Shown here: positions 41,501 to 54,000 of the stretch, piece by piece
How the letters are laid out: every line of letters starts with the position of its first letter
How positions within the stretch are numbered: the stretch's first letter is position 1
From: Lingula anatina
Taxonomy: Eukaryota > Animalia > Brachiopoda
Assembly: GCA_051362555.1 (NCBI GenBank)
Contig: CM120642.1
Location: forward strand, 32,426,001-32,490,000
Reading direction: 5' to 3'
DNA: 64,000 bases
Notes under the pieces: generated by a model
What the model saw: only the letters and a program-made list of their open reading frames with translations
What the model was told of the DNA's origin: nothing
The model's database searches: none
Position numbers and translations under genes: made by a program

Positions 41501-44500
41501 TTTGATTATTACATGTGCTCTGAAATATTTTCCTCACTTGATCAGTTCAAGAAGATGAGTCTGTCCTTGATATTGAAAACATTTCGCTCACTTGATCAGT
41601 TCAAGAAGATGAGTCTGTCCTGGATTTTGAAAACATTGACACAATATATCAAATGCCCTGTTAGGCTTCCTGGTTATAATGTCCAGGAATGCTGCAATTT
41701 CCTTTGGACATGCCACTGTTACATGATCAATTCAAGAAGATCAGTCCGTTCTTGTTCCAGCAGACACTGACACAGTGTAACATGTGCCTTTGAAGGTTTT
41801 CTCATTAGAATATCCAGGAATACTGCAACTTTCTCTGTATATTTCACCCTGTCAGTTGAGGGCTGGGCTTTCACTGTCTGAGCTTCACGGTCAGTGATGA
41901 TGCTTTCTTGGAGGAACATATCCAACATGTCCAGGAGACAAGGTTCTGTGATGTTTTCACACAGTTCAGTTTTATGTTTACGTATAGCTGAAAAAGATTA
42001 AACAATAGTGTATTATTTATTAAAAGCTTAAAGATGCATACAAAGTCAATTTTTTGTCACAAAAACCAACCAAATGCCAGCATATAGTTTCAGGTAGTAT
42101 AACTAAGAGAATTACCAAAAGGCATTGTTTAATTTTACCCGAAAATGATGTTTGAACAGATTTTTCTGCTGGCATTCTAAGCTGGATGTCAATGGGGTAG
42201 GAAAGTAGGTCACAGAAGTAGGTTAAATTTACAACCATAAATTTAAAGAAAGAAGCAGTCTAAAGGTCTTTTATGGCTGATCGAGTGATCTATTCAGTTT
42301 ATCCCTTGGCATGTCGAATTTATTTGAGCCATATAAGAATCTAGTAGAAGTGGTTTACATGTGTTACTGGGAATCCACACTCCACTGATGCTCGGTTCAT
42401 ATGTACCTTTAACACACATTATACTGGTAGTAGGTTCCTTAAAGGTGTGAGGCATTGCAATTAGCAGTTTTAATTCCATTGTAATATAGCAGTTGAATAA
42501 TGAAAATACAGTACCTGATCATCTGATCAATGATTTTACATACTAGTTTATGTACTCTGAATGCACTTTACATAATAATTATACATATATTAAGCATATA
42601 TACTGAAATACTGTTTTGTCATGTTTTGTCATGTTTTTACATGTCAGAAGTGTGTTCAAGACTTTATACTGCATTAACACAATAGTATGTGAGAGACAAG
42701 GTTGTTTATTATGTATCACCTTATAAGTTGAGGACACCCCGAATAGAAATGTATAATAGAATAAATATTATACAGATCAGTAGCATTATTCAGATTATTA
42801 CAAGTTTATGGATATGTCATCTTAAGGTGAAGAAAATGTTTTTAAACATTTTATATAACAAAGATCTTAAAAAAACAAAAGAAGTATGGAATCAAAATGC
42901 TAATTTTGTCAGTGCTGTGCTTACCATCCTGCCAGCTGGGTGGATAGACCAGGTTTGCAGGAATGTAGTCACCAGTATTGACACATGGAACCCACTTTTC
43001 TTTGGGGCCAGACCCTGGTACATTGGCTTGGTCAAGAATCTCTCCAGGGAAGAGAGTTGGTGATTTCTGAGTATATCTTTTTCTCTTGGTTGGTACATGT
43101 ACTTCTTCTGGATCTTGAGTAGTGGTTAGGGGAACATTAGGTGTTTCTTCAAGAAGGAGGGTTTGGTGCTCACTGTCCTTGTTGTCCTCACTCATACAGT
43201 GGGGACATACCAGGTACTTGTCATATCGCAACCCACGCCAGTCCTCATGAATGATGTCCATGAGGTCACGGTGGGCACGTTTTAGAACTTGCCACTGGTC
43301 GAAAAGATCTGTTCCACGGACAGCTATACTGATAATCCAGTCTGGGTCTTGCCCAGGACTAAGATTTTGCTGGTCTCTCCCCTTTGTCAGCAGCATTTTG
43401 CACCTCTCAAGTTCTGCATACATCCCATTCCTCCAGTCCATTCGTTTGGCCTTTAGGTATCCAAGATGCTTGTGCTGACGAACAGAAAATTTCTCATATA
43501 AGCCATCTGGACACTTGTACGGAAAGATAACCTGAAGAGTTAGTTGATTGATGTCTGGGGGAACCTTGCTGGGCCATTTGGTTTCTAGTTCAGGTTGTCT
43601 TTTTTCTTGAAGGAGACATGGAAAGTGAAAAGAAAGGTTAGACTCATGTTCCTGAACTTGGAAACACAGCTCAAGTTTCAGCAACAGATCTATCATGGCA
43701 TCAACTTCAGTGGGGGACAATTTGAAGGGCTCACACAAGCAGCTCATAGCTTGTCTAGATATGATGCCTCTGGTGAAGATGTCTTCATGTAAGGTGCGTG
43801 CTTTGTTTCTGGTAAACCTCATGGACATCTGGAGTTTTTGTAAAACTGCCTCTGGATCATGACTAAGTACTGCCTTGAGAACATTTTCAAGAACTTCTTG
43901 CTTGTGGAAAACAACTTTTGTCAGTGAGGGGCTTTTATCAAACCAAATGATGTCTCCTCGATGAGCGAGGAAACTTAAGATGTCACACATTATTTTCTCT
44001 GTTTCTGCATCTGCATCTCTCCATGCCGGAGGTGCAGACTGCATAATGAGTTCTTGAAGCATCTCCCAACCAAGCGTGTTTTCAGAGCCTTCTCGTTTCT
44101 TGGTGCAGATGTTCTTGGCTGCATCCAACCACATTCCTGGCAAAACTTCAGCATTTCCCCTGGCAAAATCAATGAGGTACTTTTTCAAATTTTCAACTCC
44201 ACTCATGTTTTTGGAACTCACCCTGAAAATATGCTCATGGATGGGTTGAACTTGCTGAGACAAGGACTGCATTTTATCTATTTTTTTTTGGTAGGCCTTG
44301 CGAAGAGCTGGTGGGAAGTCACTTGTTTCTTGTATTTCATTCTCAACAGTCTCTTTTTGAATGTCATACCACTTCTTATTTTTGTTTTTGTGGTCTTCAA
44401 GTTGTTTCTTTATTGCAGAACATTTTGTTTCTACACTTTGAGCTTCAACTTCATCAAGATGAGTTCCAATAAGTGCAATTTGTATCCCTGGCATCTGTGC

Positions 44501-47500
44501 TTGCACCTTGTCAATCCAGTCTCCAATATAGAGCTGATAATGAGCCTTGTCTTCTGGATCATATTTTGAAAGGTCAAAAGTGATGAAAACCAAGCTACTG
44601 GTATGTTTGGACATGAAAATTGGATGTCCTATTTTGTAGACCTCATGCCCCCCAAAGTCATTGATATTGAAGGCAATATCTTGGTCATATACCCATGTTT
44701 CTTGTTCCACCACTCTCGTCCTGTCTGCTGACTCAGTGGATGCTGGCTCTCCCAGTTGCAGTGAATGTGAAATGCTAGTTTTTCCCGATTCTGTTTCACC
44801 CAGAAAGTTGACCTGTATTCTACTTGACTGGATTGCCTTGGTGTCAGTTAAGGCCTCAAAATACCTGTTGATGGCATCTAGTCCTTGCTTGGCTGTATGT
44901 ATAGGTGGTTGAAGCAGAGGAGTACCTACCACATCTAGTTCTTTTAGACTTGCCATGTTCTTCATCTCAGCTGGCAAGCGAGTTATATTATTAAATGACA
45001 TACCAAATGACTGTAGTTTTTCCATTGTGGTAGCCTCCAGAGGTATGTCAGATAACTGGTTGTCACCCAGGTCCAGCTCCCTTAAGTTAGTCAAGCCACA
45101 CAGTGCTGTGGGAAATGTTTTGAATTCATTGTGAGAAAGCCAGAATATTTTAAGTCCCTTCATCCCAGTGATTTCTGTTGGTATGTCAGATAGCTGGTTT
45201 TTGTCTAGGTAAAGCTCCTCTAAGTTAGTCATGCCACACAGTGCTGTGGGGAATTTAGTGTACTTATTCTTATACAGATATAATTTTTTCAGTCTCTCCA
45301 GCCTGGTGATATTCTCTGGAATGTCAGATAACTGATTGTCACCCAGGTAAAGCTCCTCTAGGTTAGTCAAGCCACATAGTGCTATGGGGAATGTAGTTAA
45401 GACATTGTGATCGAGCATGAATATTTTAAGCCCCTTCATATTTGTGATTTCCTTTGGTATATCAGACAGCATATTGTTATTAAGGTAAAGCTCTTCTAAG
45501 TTAGTTAGGCGACAGAGTACTATGGGGAATGTTGTGAAGGCATTCCTGTATAGGTCCAACACTGTGAGGTGTGGCAGGTTGGATATGGACTGTGGTAAAG
45601 AAGATAACCTGTTACCTCCTGCTAATATATGCTTAGCATTTTCGCACCTGCCAATGGACTCAGGTAGACTGTCTTCTATATCAGCATGACTTATATCTAG
45701 TTTAGTCCATTGCAACACAGTTTTTAGTATCTGGGGCGTTGGAGACAACTGTAGTCTATGTAAGAGATCAAGACATTCCTTTCCTTCTGCTACTTGTCTG
45801 TAAGCCATGTTGGTAGAGAGGAGATCCTGCTGGTTCTTTTAAGTTTTTGTTGGTCTGTGTTACCATTGAAATTCAGAGAAGGGGAATTTTGTTTACTTTG
45901 CTAAAGAAATACTTTAGTTTTTCCCCCTGATTAGAAGCGAAAGCAGTTGATATTTTTACTGCAGTGCAGCCAAGCAGGTTTGTATATCCTAGATTTGATC
46001 TTCTTTGTCTTCTTCATCTTTATCTTCTGATAATTTGTAAATTGTGACCATTTCCACTGCTGGTTCTGGACCTTAAGCTTGTTTAATATGCTGAAAACTC
46101 TTTTTCTTTGGGTTTTAATAGCTCTATGCATATAACTTCTGGATAGGAATTGTCACCTGAAATGAAAAATTTGAAAAAAAAAAATTAATTATCTAAATGC
46201 ATACAATGCATATATTTGATTTAAAATTGGCTGTGATGTTGCCCTTAGAAGCTATCTTGGATGACTTCTCACCCCCCCCTCCCCCAAATCCAAAACTGTT
46301 GAGAAGTTAAGATCATGAATACCCCAAGAGCATACTGTCATTAAACTAATAATTCATGTTGTGCAGAAAGTGGCATTGGCTGTTCAAAGAGTTGCATCTT
46401 TACTGTTATATATGTAAACTCATCCAATACAACAGCGAGGGAAAAGTTTTAATAGAATGAAGCACATATTGTATTGACAAAAGAGGAGGGAACAGATTTA
46501 AATTGAGACATGCCCATCTATTTTATTCTAACAGATATTTACTGTTTAAAAATATGTTATATTTACAATGATATTTCACCATGTAAAGACCAACTCTTCA
46601 AGGACAATCTTGGATATGCAACTTATATATTATCAGTTGATTACTTTCACTAAGTATATAATATCTAATTCAAGAATACGTAAGAGGCACATGTTCAATT
46701 TCCAATCTCCTTCAAGCTGCATAGTAAAAATGATGCCTGCATGCTTTTAAAAGTCATTTATCAACAGAAAAAAATGATATGTTTATTGTTAAATTTTTTG
46801 CATAAAGTTAAATGCATGATTAAATGAATTCATAATAATTGAACTGGCTTGAGCCAATTTGAAAAGCCTTACCTTTTCTCATGTCATATACTTGCTACCC
46901 CTGCAAGCCATTATTTTTTTCACAGTGTATCCACCATCCTTTTATCGGTGTCTGATGGACATAGAAAGAAATGTTACAAGAAATTATACAATTGTGAAAG
47001 GAAAAAATCCAGAAAAAATAAGTAGTACGGATGGGTTCTGGACTTGGCAAACATTGCCGGGGTGGGGGGGATTCAGCTATAAGGGGGTGGTCACATGCCC
47101 TGTGCATGTGCATTTACTCCCTGGCTCCACCATTTAGAAGGAGACTTCTATAATTTTATTTAAAACTGAATTCTGAAGAAAGACCTTGTGTGTCAGATAT
47201 TGTTAAGTTCATGTCTGCTTCTGAGAAATGTGAAAATGAAGAATAGGCTAACGACATAGCTGTTGCTTTGGTTGGTAAATGACCAAGTACCCCCCTCCCA
47301 CACACACACACATACACACACAAAATACAATGTTTCTTCTATTAAATTTTATCAAATATCTTTGTTGTGTTTTAGCAGGAGAAATTCTTATCCTCCTTTT
47401 ATATTCTATTACATATTCTGCAAAAATAAATAAATAAATAAAAATTTAAAAAAATTGAATAATCCAGGTATCATATAGGATAATAAAATTCATTCATTGC

Positions 47501-48892
47501 ATGCTTGAAAAAAAAAAAATAGCTTGCTAGCTATCATCTCTGTATGTTTTCCTTATTTACAGTACAAATTTGACAATATCTTTTATAATTTTGCACACAG
47601 TTATCTAATTCGTTCATACCTAATACCTGCAGTGTCCTTGAGCATGTTATTTAAAGGGTGAAAAAATGGCTTCCACAAACACAGCTGTTACTAGTCACGT
47701 GATCCACTGTCAAAACAGTTGTTCTTTTCATGAAAAATGCCTTTGTGTTTTTCTTCTCTAACACAGTTGTATTGCTACAGGGCGGGTCGATCAGAGGCTG
47801 ATATAATATATATAGGATTCCAATATCAAGAACAAAATGACACATGATTAGGCTTTAATTGGAGACCTACATGTTTTATTTTTATGTATGTACACAGTGT
47901 GCATGTCTGTATATATTTGATACTGTCCCAGTTGCCATTATCATTTGTGTCATATGTTGGTGGCACTGTGCACTAACCTGTTTTTTTTTCACATAAACAA
48001 AATGAAAGGACAATCCCATTACTTATGATGCTCAAACCAACAGGAATTATTTTAATACAGTTCAATTAAAATACTATCCTGAAATGCCAGAAATTCATTC
48101 TTTGTCTGTATCTAAAAAGTTTGCTGTATTTCTCCAGGTTGGATGCAAGGCCATAGTGGCTGCCTCAGAGTTCAAGACCCAGGACTATTATCAGATGCTA
48201 TTCCAGATAAACCATGAACTTGCCTTCTGTAAACCTGGCCAGCTCAAGAATCCACAGTTAATATGGACTTTACTATCTTTGCTTGCTTGTATAATTTACA
48301 TTTATTTAATGAATTTTTTAAAGTTTTGGAAGTTTTGCATCATATTCAGAGATCTTCTCAATTTGTAAATCCTTGCACAGTTAATGCTGATTTTACCTGC
48401 AGCTAGATGTCTGAAAACAAAAATGTGTCTGATATTAAAAATGGAACTTATTTAACATTTTATTGATGGACTAAAAAAAATTAAGGCTTTTGATAATTGT
48501 AAGGGCTATATATTTCTTACAAAGGCTATGATTTTCATGGTTTTTTTTTTTTTTTTTGCAGTTTGCCAGAGCTTAGTATAGTGATTATGCTTGGCAAAAA
48601 GAAATTCCCGTAAGTATATATCACACACAACCATGCATATTGATTAGTTAACCTTATGATAAATGTTTCCCTTGCTTTTATGTTCTATATGCTTAAATGG
48701 TTATCCATATATATATGTATGCTGGGGTAGCGCTAACACTCGCCAATTTAGCCAAATGCTAAAACTGGCCTTAATTGGCTAAGGAAAACGGGCTTGACTT
48801 TACTTGTTTCAGTCAAATTATAACCATTTTGATAACAAATTGATAAAAAATTTGTATTTTGGCCAAGCGAAATAAAATGCTGGCGCAACCCC

Positions 48893-48952
<60 letters not shown>

Positions 48953-50949
48953 CTTTTGTTAATGCTGCTGATTCTTGCTTTTATGACATACCTTAGAGAT
49001 ACATTGTACATAGTAATTAAATGTCATGTTGGATATTTTTTGGTCCATGCATCAGTGTATTTGTAGACTAGTATATGTACATATGTACAGAGTGATCTGT
49101 AGTCAGAAGCATTCGAGTTACAAACAGTGCAACTTTTCTCATGCACTTCCTCAAAACAGCCATGACGCAATTTCAAAGTAACTTTATACTTCAAACAATT
49201 AAGAACATGAAAAACTTCCCATTGTTATTCACCAGCGAAATACTGCATGAAAACTGTACTAGCATACTGGTACTTCATATCTTCTGATTAACTTATTAAT
49301 TAAGTAAGTCAGAACATAGCCTGTTTGTAGCTTGTTGTCACTCTGTAGCTCAATCATTGTAATTTACTGTGACTAAATGGGTCCAGAAAATGAAAGTGAT
49401 TGAAATGACTTCACACAATTCGCACGGCAGGGGGACATTTGCATTTGACGATGTACTGTCAATGGGCGGGAGTGACGAAGAGAAAGAGTTACAACGCCTG
49501 CAGAATAAACTCCAGTTTGACCAGCCAATTAACATCCAGTTTACATCTGTGAGTGATTTTCACGCTGCTGCTTTCTCATTTTCATCCAAAGCTTGACTGA
49601 TTTTGTCAATATCTAACCGACCTTTTTCATACCCCATACAAAAGTGTGTAACAAAAAGAAGGTGGAATGCATGACTGTTTTGAAGTTATAAACAAAATTA
49701 ACCCAGCCTCATTGCAACAAACTTCACATTAAGATATCATGAAAAGTTAGTTTTTATCATTATAGGTGTATCAAACTTTGTTTTGTTAGCTTTGAGTTAA
49801 ACTAAAACTTTATTTCAAATCAGTATTTATCTTTTTTAAAATTATCACTGTTCATTATTGGCCTTTTAATATATATTATTAACTATTATTTCATATCTAG
49901 GTTTAAGGGTAATATATGATGTAAGTTGCAATATTTTCTCTTAGGATTCAAAAGAATTAGATTAAACTTAGGTGCTAGTTTTAAAATATTTTAGTGACAC
50001 TGGCTAGAAAGACATTTTCTATTCTATGCAGCATATATTGTATTATTGTTTGATTAGAATTACAGTAAGATATACTCATTAATCAGAAATATCCTTTTTC
50101 TTTTTTTTTCTAACCATTTGCTCCATGACCCCAGGGGACTACAGGCCAACCCAAGGGTGCCACCCTTACTCACCACAACATCGTGAACAACGCCTACTTT
50201 GTGGGCCTCAGAATGGATTACCACCGCAGGGTGAGATATACGCATACATGCAGCTTGTGTAATAGACTGTGTTACCAAGTATGGCTATTTCTTTAAAATT
50301 TTTTAAATGCTAAATTTTCTTTTTTTCAGTATTTTTTATTACAAAATTTCACTCAAAGATTCAAGATACTGAAAATACCTTCTCACATACATAGTCACTG
50401 AGCACAATTAACAGAGTAGTTTTTATCTATGAAAGTCCATAATTTTGCAAAATAATTTCAGTTATCAGTTTTTGTCTAAAGCAAAAGTCTTGTATCTATT
50501 TTAATGTTTAGAGCAAATTTTACACCTTACATAATATTCATACAAGTAATAAAACTGTTCAGCTATTGCTAATACCTTGTATCTATTTAAAAAAAATTCA
50601 AAAGATTTGCAGAAGAGACAATTAAGTCATTTGGTTCTTTGAATATAAAAAAAACTTGAAAACATTCTATTTTGCAGGACACCAGGATCTGTATTTCTCC
50701 TCCTTTATACCACTGCTTTGGAATGGTGCTTGGCAGCCTCATGAGTCTTGTCCACGGTGCTACGCTGATATTTCCTTCTCCAAGTTTTGAGCCAGAGGCA
50801 GCTCTGAAGGCTGTTCATGATGAAAAGTAAGGGGAGTCGGGACTTATGTAACTGTGTAGTTACATGACAAGGTCAGTCATCTGCACTGTGAATTGAAAGA
50901 TCACTATAGAGAAGTATAGTGAAATATAAGCAGGTTATATTCATCTTTA

Positions 50950-51002
<53 letters not shown>

Positions 51003-54000
51003 TGGGGGGGGGTGTATTTTTGGTCTGGCATTGGACATTTTGATTTTCTTGTAATATACATCTGGTGGTATTCAAATATTGACGGGGTTGTCCTGTGATA
51101 TAAGAAACTATTTATTCTGAGGGATTGTGTATGGTGCACAGATCTACATCTATTGCCTGCAGCTGTAATGACAAAAACCACCCATGTCTGCTCTGTAAAA
51201 CTTTCCCCAAGATTCCAAGCATTTCCTGGCTTAAGACTATTCATACGAACAAGTCATGCAAATGCAATTTGTTTTACAATTTCTTTTCACACAATGCACA
51301 ATTTCTACTGCAGATGTACTGCACTTTACGGCACCCCCACCATGTTCATAGATATGCTAAACCACCAGAACTTCTCCAGTTATGACCTTGGAAGCTTGTA
51401 TACAGGTAAGTGGATAAGAGACCATGCACAATGAATTTTGTTGACCTAGCTAATGGCCAATGGGGACATCTGCTGAAAGTAATCAGGTTTACGGACAAAC
51501 AAGCCTCCTCTTATTTCCAACACAGGCCCCATTGAGAATGAGAAGATCTGAGTGCTAACTGGTCCACAGCTCAAACATGGCGAACCTTCATAAGGGAAGA
51601 CCACTTAATTTTGAAATGGTCTCTCTGCCCCCCCCCCAGAAGTCGTCCGTGAAGTAATTAAATCTGGACTCCATTTGACCAGACAAGTGGGAAGGGGTGT
51701 GGTGTGACAGGGGGAGAGACCATTACAGGATTAAGCGGTCTTTCTTTCATGTAGGGTCTGCCATAATTGAGCCTTGGACTAGTTCATTGATACTCAGATC
51801 CTCTATTCTGTATGGCCCTGTAGTTGTATAATCATCAGCTTTTCTTTATTCTACTCAATGCCACTGTGAGTCCCCTTAGACTTTGTGCCCCTAAGCAAGG
51901 TTGACTACCAGTATATTCATTTTGAATGGTCCCCAAAGGGTCTGCCTAATTAATGACCACAAATGGCTACAAACAACCACAAACATAAAATGGTTGAGAA
52001 ATCAGTTTATATATATATTAACTGATTTCCCAACCATTTAATGCTTGTAAACATTTGTGGCCGTTAATTAGACAGATCATCCCCAAGTGCATGTGCAAAG
52101 AGAGAAGAAATTCTGTTGTCTACTTCTCAGTCTTCTCAAAATTAATTATTCCAGATACTGATTAAATGATTTACATTAAAGCTAATGATCAAATGTAACA
52201 GTTAATTACTCAAATTCTTTGATTTTCTTGATTCTTTTAAAATCAATTTCCAAGTTGTACATGTCATATATCATATCTTAGTTTTCACAAGACTGAAGTT
52301 GCTCTTGATTTTAGGTATTATGGCGGGCTCGCCTTGTCCATCTGTCATTATGAAACAGGTTGTCATTAACATGCATATGAAGCATTTGACAGTAAGTTTC
52401 CTGGTGCTCACTGGTATTGTTTTACAGCATTTGGTTCCCAGAACCATCTTACAGGATCGATCCATCTTCGAGGGGTTTTATGATAAATTGCTTTCAACAT
52501 AAGCGGCTAAAATGTCTATCACGCCTACTGAAGCTGCTAAACTATATGATTAATTACCCCCTAGCAGCTTAAGTAGACATCTAAGCAAGTTGATTGCAAT
52601 TTAGCAAGAATTCCCTGAGAGATAGATCGATCCACAGTTAATATGATAGGATATGGGAATGGTCCCTTAGATAAAGGTTAATTTACACTGTATTGGTGCC
52701 TGGTTACCATTAGAGGTGTTACAGAACCATATTTTCTGAAGAGAGAAATATAAAGAGGGGCATAAATTCAAGAGTTTGTAGGGTGGGGAGCAGTATTAAG
52801 AGCATTTTTCTGTGCACCAATACTTTGTGATTGGCCTAATCTTACACAAGTATGCTACCCCTGGTATGATGTAAATGTTGTTCATCAATAATTACAGGCA
52901 TCATTGGTGGGACCCCATGCCCAGTAGCAATCGTAAAACAGGTTGTAAAGACCATGTATATGAGTTATATTACAGTAAGTCAAAGGTCACAGTAATTAAA
53001 TATATACATCATATTGCCTGCATGATGTTAACAAGCACCTGGACATTTTTTGTTGAAGGGTTTTTTGTGCTTCTTTGCAATATATAAAACTGACATTAAC
53101 ATTACATTAAATAAAACTTTTAAGGTACAGTATTAAATGGGATTAGGTATAAAGTGTACTTAAAAAGTAAATATGTTATGTCCCAGTGATGCTCAAAGTT
53201 TTGAGTTTTGATCTGCAGCATTACAGAGGTGGAAAAAATTAAACTGGTAAAATGTGCTCCATTTTGCAATGCAAAACGCATTACTATATGTAGCACATAC
53301 ATGTAATTAAGTTTTCACAGGCCTTCTGCACACAGTTTCGCGAGAGGACACTGGTCTTGGTTTATGTACAGCTTTGGGGTGAATTCTCCCTCAGTTTTTA
53401 GTTTTTCCTGCCTTAATTATTTTCATAGATAGTTTAAATTCTGTTAGATGTTCTTCCTAATATTAAGGATAAGGATGCTTCACAGGATTAAATTCTGTTA
53501 GATGTTCTTTCTAATATTAAGGATAAGGATGCTTCACAGGATTAAATTCTGTTAGATGTTCTTCCTAATATTAAGGATAAGGATGCTTCACAGGATTAAA
53601 TTCTGTTAGATGTTCTTCCTAATATTAAGGATAAGGATGCTTCACAGGATTAAATTCTGTTAGATGTCCTTCCTAATATTAAGGATAAGGATGCTTCACA
53701 GGATTTAGCAGATTGGTTTTATTCCTTTGCTTTTTCTTCATTTTTGTTAGTTTGTGACGCTTTTCTTTATTTTTGGAACCAAATCACTTTCATGTAGATT
53801 ACTAACAAGTACAAATGTGCAACAGCTAGGGACACTGTACAACAGTATTTTTATTGACAAAAAACCTTGAGGAACACTCTTATGTATGAGTACCAAGTGA
53901 TTATGTAACAATAAACAATAACTAAGCCAGGGGCGGATTTAGGGCGTCTTCTGGGTCTTCCAGAAGACGGTCAGATTTTTAATTTTACATTGACGGTTAT

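Noticed and set aside
41588-41590. TGA between the relic CARD copies as a selenocysteine or read-through codon
   Set aside because: It is simply the duplicated stop codon; no SECIS-like hairpin was recognised.
42851-42924. C-terminal tail [24 protein letters not shown] of the 985-aa ORF as a membrane anchor
   Set aside because: It lies after a consensus GTAAG donor and is AT-rich intron read-through; splicing to the CARD exon is the better model.
42689-44912. Plus-strand ORFs of 65-171 aa overlapping the Roco gene
   Set aside because: Antisense shadows of the long coding exon, with no recognisable domains.
53321-53400. Possible third alternative ACSF2 exon after TTTTCACAG
   Set aside because: The translation shows no similarity to exons 11 or 12, and there is no convincing donor.
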